Assembly (NCBI RefSeq): GCF_006345805.1
Contig: NC_043000.1
Span: 81,840,001 to 81,904,000 of the forward strand
Direction: 5' to 3'
Length of the DNA: 64,000 nucleotides
Source of the DNA: Octopus sinensis
Lineage: Eukaryota
Each line of letters opens with the position of its first letter. Position 1 is the first letter of the stretch. Both the position numbers and the translations under genes were made by a program. Of this stretch, positions 1-11,529 are shown piece after piece. Below the pieces are notes generated by a model that saw nothing but the letters and a program-made list of their open reading frames with translations, had not been told where the DNA came from and searched no databases.

Positions 1-234
1 GTGTATATATTTTGTGTATGTATATATATTATATGTATGTATGTGTGTGTATATATATGTGTTGTGTGTGTATGTATGTATTATATATAATATATATATA
101 TATATTATATGTATGTATATATATATATATATATAATATATATGTATGTGTGTGTATATGTATATATATATGGGTATGTATCTGTATGTAGGAGTATATA
201 TATATGTGTGTGTGTGTGTGTATGTGTATATGTG

Positions 235-266
<32 letters not shown>

Positions 267-290
267 TATGTATATTTATTGGTGTATATA
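1..290. repeat. (TA)n/(TG)n compound microsatellite
   Basis: Almost pure TA/TG dinucleotide runs; the overlapping ORFs are YI/VC low-complexity translations. Confidence 0.95.
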
Positions 291-592
291 GACTAGCCTC
301 CTAAAGTGTAGACATGAATCTGTAGGTACGACTACGTATGTGTATATACGTGAACGTATGTAGATGTTTGTATGTATGAATATAACGCGTGCGTACGTGT
401 ATGTGTATGAGTGTACGAATGGGTGTATGTACGTGCTAATGAGTGTGCGTGCGGGAACGAGTACTTGCCTTCTAGTAGACAGACAATTGGACATGCTGCC
501 ATCGCCAGGATCCTTAGCCCTAGCGATCAAAGATAACAAAAGTAAAAATGAAGATAATAAAATTAAAATTAGGGAATGGGCCTGTATTTGAT

Positions 593-633
<41 letters not shown>

Positions 634-1109
634 TATATATATTATATATATAATAATATATGTATGTATGTGTGTATGTGTAGGTATGTATAGGCACACA
701 TGTGTACGTATGTGTGTGTGTATGTATATGTGTTTATGTATGTATGTGCACACATTTTATTATTTTTTATTTTATTTTTTTTTTATTTTTTATTTTTTAT
801 TTTTATTTTTTTTTATTTTTTTATTTATCTATTCTTTCATCTAACTTACCACTGACTCCTTGACCACTCCCCCAAGTATGATATTTTGCGCTATGCCTAC
901 CCCCAAAAAAGTCCCCCACCACCACTCCTTTAAACCTGCCTAAATGTATAAATGCTAATACAATTCTTGTTAAATAGCTTCCTGAAGATTTCTCTTGAAT
1001 GAAACAGTACTAGTCCTGTAGAAGCTCCTTCTATATAATAAATTAATTTTACTCTGCTATGTATTGAGTACCTTACTTACTGTGGTTAACCCCGGATCAA
1101 CCCGGGACC

Positions 1110-1112
<3 letters not shown>
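291..1112 (+). mobile_element. Putative non-autonomous Penelope-like-element-derived segment carrying a hammerhead motif
   Basis: Non-coding block bracketed by (TA)n, with internal microsatellites, a hammerhead motif at 976-1026 and a terminal CCCGG/CCGGG hairpin (1091-1106). PLE origin is inferred from the hammerhead and the (TA)n context only. Confidence 0.4.
976..1026 (+). ncRNA. Type I hammerhead ribozyme motif (near-canonical)
   Basis: AGCTTC-CTGAAGA-TTTCTCTTGAAT-GAAA-CAG-TACTAGTC-CTG-T-A-GAAGCT. Helix I is 6 bp; core CUGANGA/GAAA is intact; helix III is ACAG/CTGT; triplet GUA. Helix II has 3 bp behind a U-U mismatch at its base. Confidence 0.7.
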
Positions 1113-1140
<28 letters not shown>

Positions 1141-1147
<7 letters not shown>

Positions 1148-2576
1148 AGGAAAGAAAACAATGTCCTATCCAAAAATAAAAGTAGTTAAAAAATTGTTTT
1201 TTAAATTCAATTAGATTATGGCTGGGAGAAACAGTATACTCAAAGTAGCTACTCTCAGCTTCCAACACAGCCTCAAGATGGCTCCAGAAACTGGCACATG
1301 CAATCCTCACTGTGTCTCTGGGAAGATTTTTTAACACCTCATTCATCTTAGCCTCTAAATCAGCTTTGGTGTTGCAGGCAAAGTGGTTGGTGTCTTTCTA
1401 AACCATGCCTCTCACATAGTAATTCATGGCATTACAGTCAGTGGTATAAAAAAGGCCAGAAATTGGAGCTGATGACTTTGAAGAAATTCTCTGACAAACA
1501 CTTCTGATTGTTTCTAGAGATATGGCAAGGAGCTGAAACCTGCTGCCAGACATACAGCCTTTCATCAGCAACGCTCTCTAGCCAGAGTTTGACCACAATC
1601 TACAGTAACTTCACATAGCTTAAGGCCCTGTTCAAAAATGTTGGATGATATGATGTTACCCTCACTGGAAACACACCCAAAGATCCTCACAGTTTGTGGA
1701 ACTTCGTTGTCATGGTATGTGGGTCTTCTCATGGATTGTAGGCAAATCACTTGTTGTTCTGGGTGTTGTGCATCAGGCCCTGGCAGAATTTCTTTTCATC
1801 TAAGATGAACCAGATCATCTTCAGTTCAAGAGGATACCTCAATTTGTTCAGGAGCTTCTTTGCCTTTGTCAAGTGGTTTTGCTTGGCCTTGGCTATCAGA
1901 ATTTGTCCCTTGCATCTACTGTATGAATGGTAACAAAGGTCCTCATTCAGGGCCACTAAGTTAGGGGCCATTCCAATACACACTTCTATTGTCAAGTCCT
2001 AGATTCCCTCCCTTGGATATTCCATCCCCTTGCAATTGTTGGATGAATTACAGCATGTCAATGCAGTCAGAACACCTGTTGTGGGCTTGCCTATGGCCAC
2101 AGTTTCATAGTCTCCATTGCAGCTGCCCATGTCACATCTTACAGCCTTTACAGTGTTCACAAAGCATTGAGTAGCAGTCATGATGTTGGCATTTTGATAC
2201 ACAGCATGAATCATCATGACACAAATAACTCTTTCCCAATATTCAGATGACTTTCAATCCTCCATATCACATAACATTTTCTCAATTACAACTTTAATCT
2301 TTATGCTTGCCAATGCCATTTACACTTCACTAATACACCAAGCAGTTCCCAGAAAGAAGGAGACATTAATAAACGCTTGTGTCACATAGCCAACTGGAAA
2401 CGATGTTTCCTGGGGCTAAATAGCAGTAGTATTCTTCCTGTTTCTGGGACTGCCACATTAAGCTGGCAACAAACCATCACTTTATTGTGCTGCTACTGTA
2501 TAAGTCTCTCTGAGCGATATAGAAACGCAATATTTCTCATTAAAAAAATTTTCAAATTTATCCTGAATACTCTATA
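1141..2576 (-). mobile_element. Degenerate Tc1/mariner transposon remnant
   Basis: Minus-strand fragments resemble mariner/Tc1 transposase (WFILDEKKFCQ, VRIFGCVSSEGNI, NACASFWSHLEAVLEAE-like C-terminus); many stops and frameshifts; flanked by (TA)n. Confidence 0.75.
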
Positions 2577-2584
2577 TATACACA

Positions 2585-2656
<72 letters not shown>

Positions 2657-2659
2657 TTA

Positions 2660-3895
2660 TAGGGTGCAGTAAATTGTTGTTTAAATTATGCAGAAATGAA
2701 AATAACACTGACATCTCAATTTAACAAACATATTTACCAAAATTACATAAATTTACTATAGAGTAAATTTACTCAGTAAAATTGCCATTGGCTTCAACCA
2801 GACGACTTTGGAATCTCCTGCAAATTTTCTGGACTGTTTCCTTGTTCAAGTTGGTGAATGCTGCCATAACCTTTGCCTTCAGTTTATCCTTGGTGTTATA
2901 AGGAATTTTGTTGGTCTCTCACTCAACTGTGCTCCACACATAATTATCAAGGGGATTGCAGTCTAGGGTGATAGTTGGCCAGATAATAGGGATGATGTGG
3001 TTGCAGAAATTGTCTGATAGCCATGATTGGGTTCTCTTGCAGCAGCCACCCTCTGGACACAGAACAACACTACCATCTTCAGACACTTGATGTAGGCCTC
3101 TGTATTGAGTCTGAGGCTGAGTGGGAAGATGAACGGAGGCATAACATCACCATGACTAGTAATCACTCCAGACACCATGATATTGACTGGATGTTTGATT
3201 TTTATCTCTCTCGGTACATGTTTTGGGGACATGGCAAGCCAACAGTTGTTCTGTGTGTTCACAATCTGATCCTGGCAGAAATAATTTCTTATCTGAGAAA
3301 AACCAAAGCACGTTCAATTGGAGGGGATGCTTGAGTTTGTTCAAAAGCTTCATAGTGCAGTCTTTCCACTTGTCCTTGATAGCTTGGGATAAAAATTGGT
3401 CCTTTCTTATCTTGTATGAGGAATACCGAATGTCTTCATGCACTACTTGCATGATAAGAAACTCAGACACTCCCATATCCCTGGCGATGGACCTGATTGA
3501 CTTGGAGGGATTGTTGTCAATCATGGCTTGGATCTTATCAACAAATTCAAGAGTTCTTTTCTTATCAGAATGGTCAGAGTGAGTTTTCCGAGCTGCCATA
3601 CCTTCGTAAACACCATTAGACTCATCCAGCTGTTTCTGAATCCTCTGAACTGTCCTCAGATTGACACTCAAACACTCTGAAATGTTCATATTGGAGCTTA
3701 CAGCATGAATGTCAAGCAGCACAGCATGATGTTTCCAAATTTCTAGCAGAGTGAATTGTGTCATGGCAGTGCTTTTCTCACAGACAGTGCCCAACTGACC
3801 CTACTATAATGTGTAGTCAACAAAATCAAAAACAAACAACATGCATGTGTAAAATTAAAAATATAAAATTGTGACAATTTACCCATCGCACCCTA
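2660..3895 (-). mobile_element. Tc1/mariner element with degenerate TIRs and disrupted transposase
   Basis: TAGGGTGC...GTAAATTGT at left, ACAATTTAC...GCACCCTA at right, TA flanks. ORF 3156-3794 gives an HTH region (KSIRSIARDMGVS) plus WFFSDKK; ORF 2963-3262 continues the catalytic domain (VNIMVSGVITSHGDVMPPFIF). Confidence 0.85.
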
Positions 3896-3974
3896 TATAT
3901 ATATATACATACACACACACACACACACACATACACACACACACACATACACATATATGTATATACATACATAT

Positions 3975-5390
3975 CATCATCGTCATCATTTAATATCCGT
4001 TGTTCATTCTGGCATGGGTTGGCAGACTCCAGTCTGTTTTGACATTGTCTCTACAGCTGGATGCCCTTCCTAATGCCAACCAATCTGAGACTGTAATGAA
4101 TGCTTTTATGTCCCAGTGGCATGGGTGCCATTTGCATAACACCAGTATCTGCCACAATTGTGGTCTTATTTGGCTTGCTGAGTCTTCTTCTCAAGCACGG
4201 CATAATGCCAAATGGACTCAGTCATTGTCTCCATGAGGCCCAATGCTTGAAGCACAGCATAATGCCAAATGGTTCCAGTCCTTGCCTCCATGAGGCCCAA
4301 CAATCGAAAGGTGCTTATATGTACCACTGACATGAGTGCCATTTGTGTGACACTGGTTTGTCCCATGACTGTGATTTTACTCAGCTTGATGGGTCTTCTT
4401 CTCAAGTGAATCATAATGCCAAAGATCTTGGTCATTGCCCCTGTGAGGCCCAACGTTCGAAAGGAGCCCAACCACTTTGCCTCTGTGAGGCTCAATGCTC
4501 GAAAGGTGCTTTTTACATGCCACTGGCATGGGTTCTGGTTGTGTGACACCAGCATCAACCACAACTGTGGTTTCACTTGGCTTGATGGGTCTTCTCAAGC
4601 ACAGCATATCGCCAAAGATCTCGGTGATTAGTCATTGCCTCTGTGAGGCCCAAAGTTCAGAGATCATGCTTCACCACCTCATCCCATGTCTTCCTGGGTC
4701 TACCTCTACCACATTCTATCCACAGTTAGGGATCAGCACTTCTTTAAACAGCTGTCCTCATTCATATGCATCACCAGCAAATTCGTCTCTCTTGCACACC
4801 ACGTCTGACTCCTCTTATGCCCAACTTTTCCCTCAAGATGCCTACACTCTGTCAAACATGCACACTCACATTGCACATCTAGCAAAGCATAGTGGCTTCA
4901 TTTCTTTCAGGCCTACACATGTCCTCAGCTGTCACAGCCCATGTTTCACTGTCATGTGACATAGCTGATCGCACACAGGCATCATACAATCTACCTTTCA
5001 CTCTGAGAGAGAGGCCCTTTGTTGCCAGCAGAGGCAGGAGCTCTCTAAACTTTGCCCAGCCTAATTGTATTCTGACAGCTAAGCTCTCAGAGCACCCACC
5101 TCCACTACTAACTTGATCCCCTAGGTAACACAAGCTATTTACTACCTCTAGCTTACCCCCATGGAAGTTGATGCAGTTTATTTTCTGTACATTTTTGGTG
5201 TTTATAGTACCTGTGCATCTACCACATACAAAAGCTATTTTCTCTGTTAACCTTTCTCTGATATTGCTGCACCTTTTATGTGTTCAAAGCTTACACTAGG
5301 TGCATCTAACAGAGTTACTACCCACTCCTTTTCTCAGATTGAGGAGGACTGTCTACTTGAAGGGACTTGTGATTTGTCTGTCTTCCTATT
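3975..5390 (-). mobile_element. RTE-clade LINE, 3' portion with reiterated C-terminal segment and (GAT)n tail
   Basis: ORF 4879-5133 (YLGDQVSSGGG...KGRLYDACVRSAM.HDSETW) is RTE ORF2 C-terminal sequence; the 3' UTR contains the GGAAGGGCATCCAGCTGTAG box and ends in (GAT)n. Confidence 0.85.
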
Positions 5391-5473
5391 AGGACTTTGG
5401 TTTTTGCTAGGTTAACTCTAAGGTTCTTCAATTCTAGACCTTACTTCCATATCTGGAACTTCTCCAGTTTTGC

Positions 5474-6741
5474 ATCATCTTCATCATCATCATCATCATC
5501 ATCACCACCACCACCACCACCTCCACCACCACCACTATCACCATCACCATCATCATCATCATCATCATCATTTAATGTCCGTTTTCCATGCTAGCATGGG
5601 TTGGACGGTTCGACTGGAGTCTGGGAAGCTAGGAGGCTGCATCAGGCTCCAGTCTGATCTGGCGGTGTTCTACAGCTGGATGCCCTTCCTAACGCCAACC
5701 ACACAGTGAGTGTAGTGGGTGTTTTTTACGTGCCACCGGCACAGATGCCAGGGGAGGCTAGTAGCGACCACAATCAGTTGGTGCTTTTTACGTGCCACCG
5801 GCACGGAAGCCAGTCAAGGCGACGCTGGCATAGGCCACGTTCGGATGGTGCCTTTTCCGTGCCACTGGCACAGGTATCACAACTACAATTTCCATTTGAT
5901 TTTTATTTTGATGTTGATGTACATGACTCAATAGGTCTCCTCAAGCACAGCAGGTCACCCTACGATCGAAGGTAAGCACAGCAGGCCGTTCTGCAATCCA
6001 AGGTACTTTGGATGGGCTGGGACTGCTATGTGAAATTGGTGCAGGAAACAGCCATGAACTCACGTTATTTGTCGGATCTTTGCAGTCATAGCATATCTCC
6101 AGAGATCTCGGTCTTTCGTCATTGCCTCTGTGAGGCCCAACGTTCGAAGGTCATGCTTGACCACCTCATCTCATGTCTTCCTGGGTCTACCTCTACCCTG
6201 GATTCCTTCAACTGTTTGGGAGTGGCACTTCTTCACACATCTCTCCTCATCCATCCGTGGTACATAACCATACCAGCGCAAACGTCTCTCTTGCATGCCA
6301 CATCCGATGCTTCTTATGTCCAGCATTTCTCTCATGGTGCTTACACTCTGCCGTGTGTGCACACTGACATTGCACATCCAGCGGATCATGCTAGCTTCAT
6401 TTCTTTCAAGCCTACGCATGTCCTCCACAGTCACAGCCCATGTTTCACTACTGTTAAGCATGGCAGTTCGCACACATGCATCGTACAATCTACCTTTCAC
6501 TCTGAGCAAGAGACCCATTGTCATCAGTAGGGGTAGAAGCTTTCTAAACTTTGTCCAGGAATATTCGTATTCTAGTGGTGACACTCTCTGAGCATCCACC
6601 TCCACTACTAACTTGGTCACCTAGGTAGCGGAAACTATCAGCTACTACTAGGTTCTTCCCCTGGAATGTGATGGAATCTGTTTTCTGTGGTATCTATTGC
6701 CCCTGTGCATCAGCTGCACACAAAAACTATCTTCTTGGTAT

Positions 6742-6750
<9 letters not shown>
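5474..6750 (-). mobile_element. RTE-clade LINE, 3' portion with composite 3' UTR
   Basis: ORF 6171-6620 (KGRLYDACVRTAML.SSETWAVT...RLRWYGYV.RMDE...GRGRPRKT) followed by the GGAAGGGCATCC module and a (GAT)n tail. Confidence 0.85.
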
Positions 6751-6781
<31 letters not shown>

Positions 6782-6939
6782 GTATATCTTTTGAGTCAGC
6801 AGATGAGATCCAGAGATTCTCAATATAGAAGACAATAGTGCTCAAATGATCCAAACTTAGATTCAATAAAGACGTTGGAAAATAAGTTTGAATTACTAAG
6901 TGTATATATATAATATATATATATGTATATATATGTATA

Positions 6940-7005
<66 letters not shown>

Positions 7006-7102
7006 CGGGAAGCTTTATGAAAATAGACAAAAGACGAAGGCAGGTGGAAAACAAACAAACAATTGTATTAGTATGGTGCTCAGGAAATATAAATAAAACA
7101 AG

Positions 7103-7140
7103 TCTTTAACGTTTCGAGCCTACGCTCTTCAACAGAAAGA
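7103..7140 (-). ncRNA. Variant minimal type I hammerhead motif
   Basis: Minus strand TCTTT-CTGTTGA-A-GAGC-GTAG-GCTC-GAAA-CG-T-T-AAAGA. Helix I is 5 bp, helix II is 4 bp, helix III is the ACGT palindrome. The core deviates (A6 to U, plus an extra A after A9). Confidence 0.5.
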
Positions 7141-7304
7141 TACACACAGAGAAAAAAAACACAGAAAGAAGGAGAGAAAAAAAATGCGTGCAGTAACTAA
7201 CGAATCAACATGGCGATCTGATTTCGGCCAGAAGTCAAAGATCAAACATGAGACGCGAGAGCGAAATTAGGGGAGATAATAGGGTTGACTGACCAGCTCC
7301 AACA

Positions 7305-7620
7305 TAAGGGTGTGTGTGTGTGTGTATGAGAGAGTATTAGTGCGTATGAGAGGTCTGGACGTGTGTATGTATAGGGTTGGTGTATGTATTAGTATGTATA
7401 AGGGTGTGTGTGTGTGTGTGTGTGTGTATGAGAGAGTATTAGTGCGTATGAGAGGTCTGGACGTGTGTATGTATAGGGTTGGTGTATGTATTAGTATGTA
7501 TTAGTATGTATTAGTACGTATTAGTATGTATAAGGGTGTGTGTGTGTGTGTGTGTGTATGAGAGAGTATTAGTGCATATGAGAGGTCTGGACGTGTGTAT
7601 GTATAGGGTTGGTGTATGTA
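7305..7620. repeat. Three ~95-130 bp tandem units containing (GT)n
   Basis: GAGAGAGTATTAGTGCGTATGAGAGGTCTGGACGTGTGTATGTATAGGGTTGG recurs three times; homologous units at ~51640-51960. Confidence 0.9.
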
Positions 7621-8088
7621 TTAGTATGGCACATCATATATGATGTGATGTGTAAAGTCGTGTGGTGTAGTGTGGAGAGAGGAGAAGAGGGGGGAGGGGG
7701 AGGAGAGGAGGGGGAGCGAGGGGGAGAGAGAGGAGGGGAGAAGGAAGGGAGGAGGAAAGAGGGAGAGGGGGAGAGAGAAGGGGAGTGAGGGAGCAGAGGG
7801 AAGGGGAAGAGGGAAGGAGGGAGGGAGAAAGAGGGAAGAAAGGATGAAGGACTGAAGAAGTAGGGGTCGGGGGGAAAGGTAGGTGAGGAGGGGGGAGAGG
7901 GGGGTTAGATGAGGAGGGGCGGGGAGAGTTGAGACCAAATGGTGTATAAGAGCGAAGAGAGAAGATTAATTCCTATATATTATATTAAATTAGAGACAAA
8001 ACCACTATTATGCAAATCAAACAAAGAAAGACTTAATCCAATACATAAATTAATTTATATTATTTAGAAATTTAACAATTATTAATAT

Positions 8089-8152
8089 CCACTACGATCG
8101 TTTCATGTCTTCTTTTCATCACATCTTTGAGTAGTAGACATTCTTCAGGTGG
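8089..8152 (-). ncRNA. Canonical minimal type I hammerhead ribozyme with palindromic helix III
   Basis: Minus strand CCAC-CTGAAGA-ATGTCT-(25 nt)-AGACAT-GAAA-CGATCG-T-A-GTGG. All conserved core nucleotides are present; helix I is 4 bp, helix II is 6 bp, helix III is the ACGATCGT palindrome; triplet GUA. Confidence 0.85.
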
Positions 8153-8362
8153 TTTCAAATGGGTTTGTAGGCAAACACACACATATATATACTTATATAT
8201 ATATATGTTTGTGTGTGGGTACATATATATATATGCATATTAATATATGCAGATACACACACATACATATATTTGTATGTATACATATGCATATATATGT
8301 ATATATACGAGTATGTGTGTGTGTATGTGTATTTATACATACATATATATGCATACATATAC

Positions 8363-8393
<31 letters not shown>

Positions 8394-8412
8394 TGTATGT
8401 ATGTATGTATGC

Positions 8413-8461
<49 letters not shown>

Positions 8462-8852
8462 GTCTCTCTTTATATATATATATATAATTTATTTTAATTT
8501 ACACAATAGTTTACAGTTTTGTAAATCTGTTTTGATCAACATTGATATCTTTCTAATCTAGTCATCATTCCAAACAGATCAATGTTGATTGAAGGAGATA
8601 TGTAAACCTACAAAACTATTATGTAAATAAGTTAATGTATTTAACTCTAATTACCAACCTGTGAACGCCTTTGTTCCCATGAAGAAGCACATCCTAAATA
8701 TGTATTATGTGTATGTGAGGGAGAGAGAGAATGTGTGTGTGAAGGAAAGAGGGTGTGTGTGTGTTCATGTCTGCACATGTGAGAGAGAGTGTGTGTGTTT
8801 GTATGTGTATATGTGTGTGTGTTTGTGTGTATGTGTGTGTGTGTATGTGTGT

Positions 8853-8939
<87 letters not shown>

Positions 8940-10072
8940 GTTATGTGACTTAGTGGTTAAGTTACTGGGGCTCATCATGAACATAAGGCTGTTGGTTCAA
9001 TTCCTGGACTGGGTAGATCATTGTATTCTTGAGCAAAGCTCTTTATTTTATCTTGCTCTTGTTGACTCTGTTGTAAATGCATACTGCCCTAGCATTAATG
9101 CAGCCCGCTCTTTCCCACCTGTTATCATGTCTTTGGTGTTCCAGTGGCTCTCATCATTGTCAGCTTCAACATTGCTACCATCGTCATCATCGTCCTCATT
9201 TTGGCATCTGCTTTTCAGTACAGGCATGGGTTGGACAGATGCTCAACACAACCTCATCATCATCATCATCAACATCAACGTTTAGTGTCCATATTCTATG
9301 CTGACATAAGTTGGATCCTGTGACAGGAATTGTCAAGGCCAGAGGCTGCACCAGATTCTGTTTTGGCTTCTTTTCTATGGTTGGATGCCCTTCCTTACAC
9401 CAACCATTCCACAGAATGTACTGGATACATTTTATGTGGCACCATCACCAGTGCTTTTTATATGACATCAGCACCAGTGCTATTTAACATAGAAACAATG
9501 TTGCTAAATGGTTAGAGCATTCTGCTCACAATTGTAAGGTTGTGAGTTCAATTCTCGACAGTGCATTTTGTGTTGAGTAAGACACTTTATATCTAATTGG
9601 TGTAGCAAAAATGAGCAAAACTTGTATATAAAAGGTGGCAGCTGTGTCACATTTTGTGTCATACTGAATCTCCCTGAGGATTACTTTAATGTTACTTGTA
9701 TCTGTAGAGTGCTCAGCCACTTGTATGCTCATTTCATGAGAGGCTCTTTTGTTGATCACATCAACGGGAATGACTTGAAGTTTTGTGAGTGCATAGGACA
9801 AATGCATCTCATCAAATGTAACAAAATTTTAAACCATATGAAGCTGAGTCAAACTGTTACATAATATACATATGTATTTGCATACACACACAAACATATT
9901 ATAGATGTAGATATAGATATGTATATTTAGCAGAAGTAACAGAGTGACTTGAGGTCTGATAGTTTCATGCATTGGCACTTATCACTCTGTTACTTCTACT
10001 AAATATTAATAAAACTATACATATACTCATATTCTGAGTTCTAATTATCCTGTTTGCATTACCTTACCTACA

Positions 10073-10113
<41 letters not shown>

Positions 10114-10275
10114 GCACATATATGTGGGGTGGTGAGAGAGACTGATGCAAGATGAGTTTGGAATGATAATTGTGATTAATAAAGAATCTTATGAATTCCA
10201 TTTTCTCTTTCTCTCATTTGTTAAGTGTGTGTGTGTGTGCATGTGTGCATGCACACACACACATATATATATGTG

Positions 10276-10620
10276 AAGGCACATGGCTCAGTGGTTTGAG
10301 TGTTGGGGTGACAATCATGAGGCCGTGAGTTCCTGGACCAGGCAGTGTGTTGTGTTCTTGAGCAAGACACTTTATTTTCCATTCCTTCAGTTCACTCATC
10401 TGTAGAAATGAGTTATGGAATCACTGGTCCCCAAGTTGTATCAGCCTTTGCTTTTCCTTTGGACAACATCGATGGTGTGGTGAGAAGAGGCTGGTATGGA
10501 TGGGCAACTGCTGGTCCTCCACAATCAACCTTGCCCAGACCTGTGTCTTGGAAGGAAATTTTCTAAGTGCAATCCCATGATCATTCATGACCAAAGGGGG
10601 TGTTCACCCTTTACCCTTTA
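10276..10620 (+). mobile_element. tRNA-derived SINE, family B (further copies ~8936-9120, ~9505-9790, ~13164-13420)
   Basis: A-box-like TGGCTCAGTGG and B-box-like GAGTTC head, followed by the shared body TGTTCTTGAGCAAGACACT...CAGTTCACTCA.CTGTAGAAATG. Confidence 0.75.
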
Positions 10621-10649
10621 TATATATATACATATATAATCCAAATATA

Positions 10650-11060
10650 GGCACAGGAGTGACTGTGTGGTAAGAAGCTTGCTTCTCAAAAACATGGTTC
10701 TGGGTTCAATCCCATTGCATGGCACATTGGACAAGTGTCTTCTAATATAGCCTTGGGCTGAACAAAGCCTTGTGAGCAGATTTGGTAGACAGAAACTGAA
10801 AGAAGCCTATCGTATATATATATATTCATACATGTATATATTTGTGTGTGTGTGTGTTTGTCCCCCACCATTGCTTGACAACTGACGTTGGTATGTTTAT
10901 GTCCCCGTAACTTAGTGGTTCACCAAAAGAGACTAGGCTATAAAAAATAAGTCCTAGGTTTACAAAGAATAAGTCCTGGGGTCGATTTGTTTGACTAAAG
11001 GTGGTGCTTCAGCATGGCCACAGTCAAATGACTGAAACAAGTAAAAAATAAAAGAATAAT
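10650..11060 (+). mobile_element. tRNA-derived SINE, family A
   Basis: GGCACAGGAGTGACTGTGTGGTAAG...GGGTTCAATCCC head, GCAAGTGTCTTCTA body, internal (TA)/(TG) tract, tail AATGACTGAAACAAGTAAA. Confidence 0.85.
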
Positions 11061-11350
11061 AACTCGAAGAAATTCTTTAACATATCATTTAAGATGTGTT
11101 AAAGGATCTCCTTGTTTTATTCTTTATATTATTATTTGGACTATAGTTTACTCTTTCCTACACCCACACAACACTTTTACTGTCATGAAACCAGGATTTT
11201 CTACATGAGGTGAACTTCAGTATTAGTCTGGAATCCAACAATGTTGATAGCCCAGAACTCAGGTTGAGTGCTTCTCCAAAAGTACTCTACTTTTATAACT
11301 TACCCGAACTTATATATTTATATATGTGTGCATGTGGTGTGGTGTGGTAT

Positions 11351-11396
<46 letters not shown>

Positions 11397-11529
11397 TGCG
11401 TGCGCGCACGCATGCGTGTGTAAAAGGTAGTGTATATAACTTTCATATCTGTATTATAACAGTGAGTTGTCAGATTTGTTAGAATATTGATAGAATTCTT
11501 CACAGTATTCATTTTGATTCTCTGAATTT

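Larger units (their letters stand above)
7003..7960 (-). mobile_element. Non-autonomous PLE-derived element, copy A (inverted homologue at 51529-52275)
   Basis: 7003-7290 is near-identical to the reverse complement of ~51990-52275; both copies end in (TA)n and share internal tandem repeats and a hammerhead-like motif. Confidence 0.6.
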
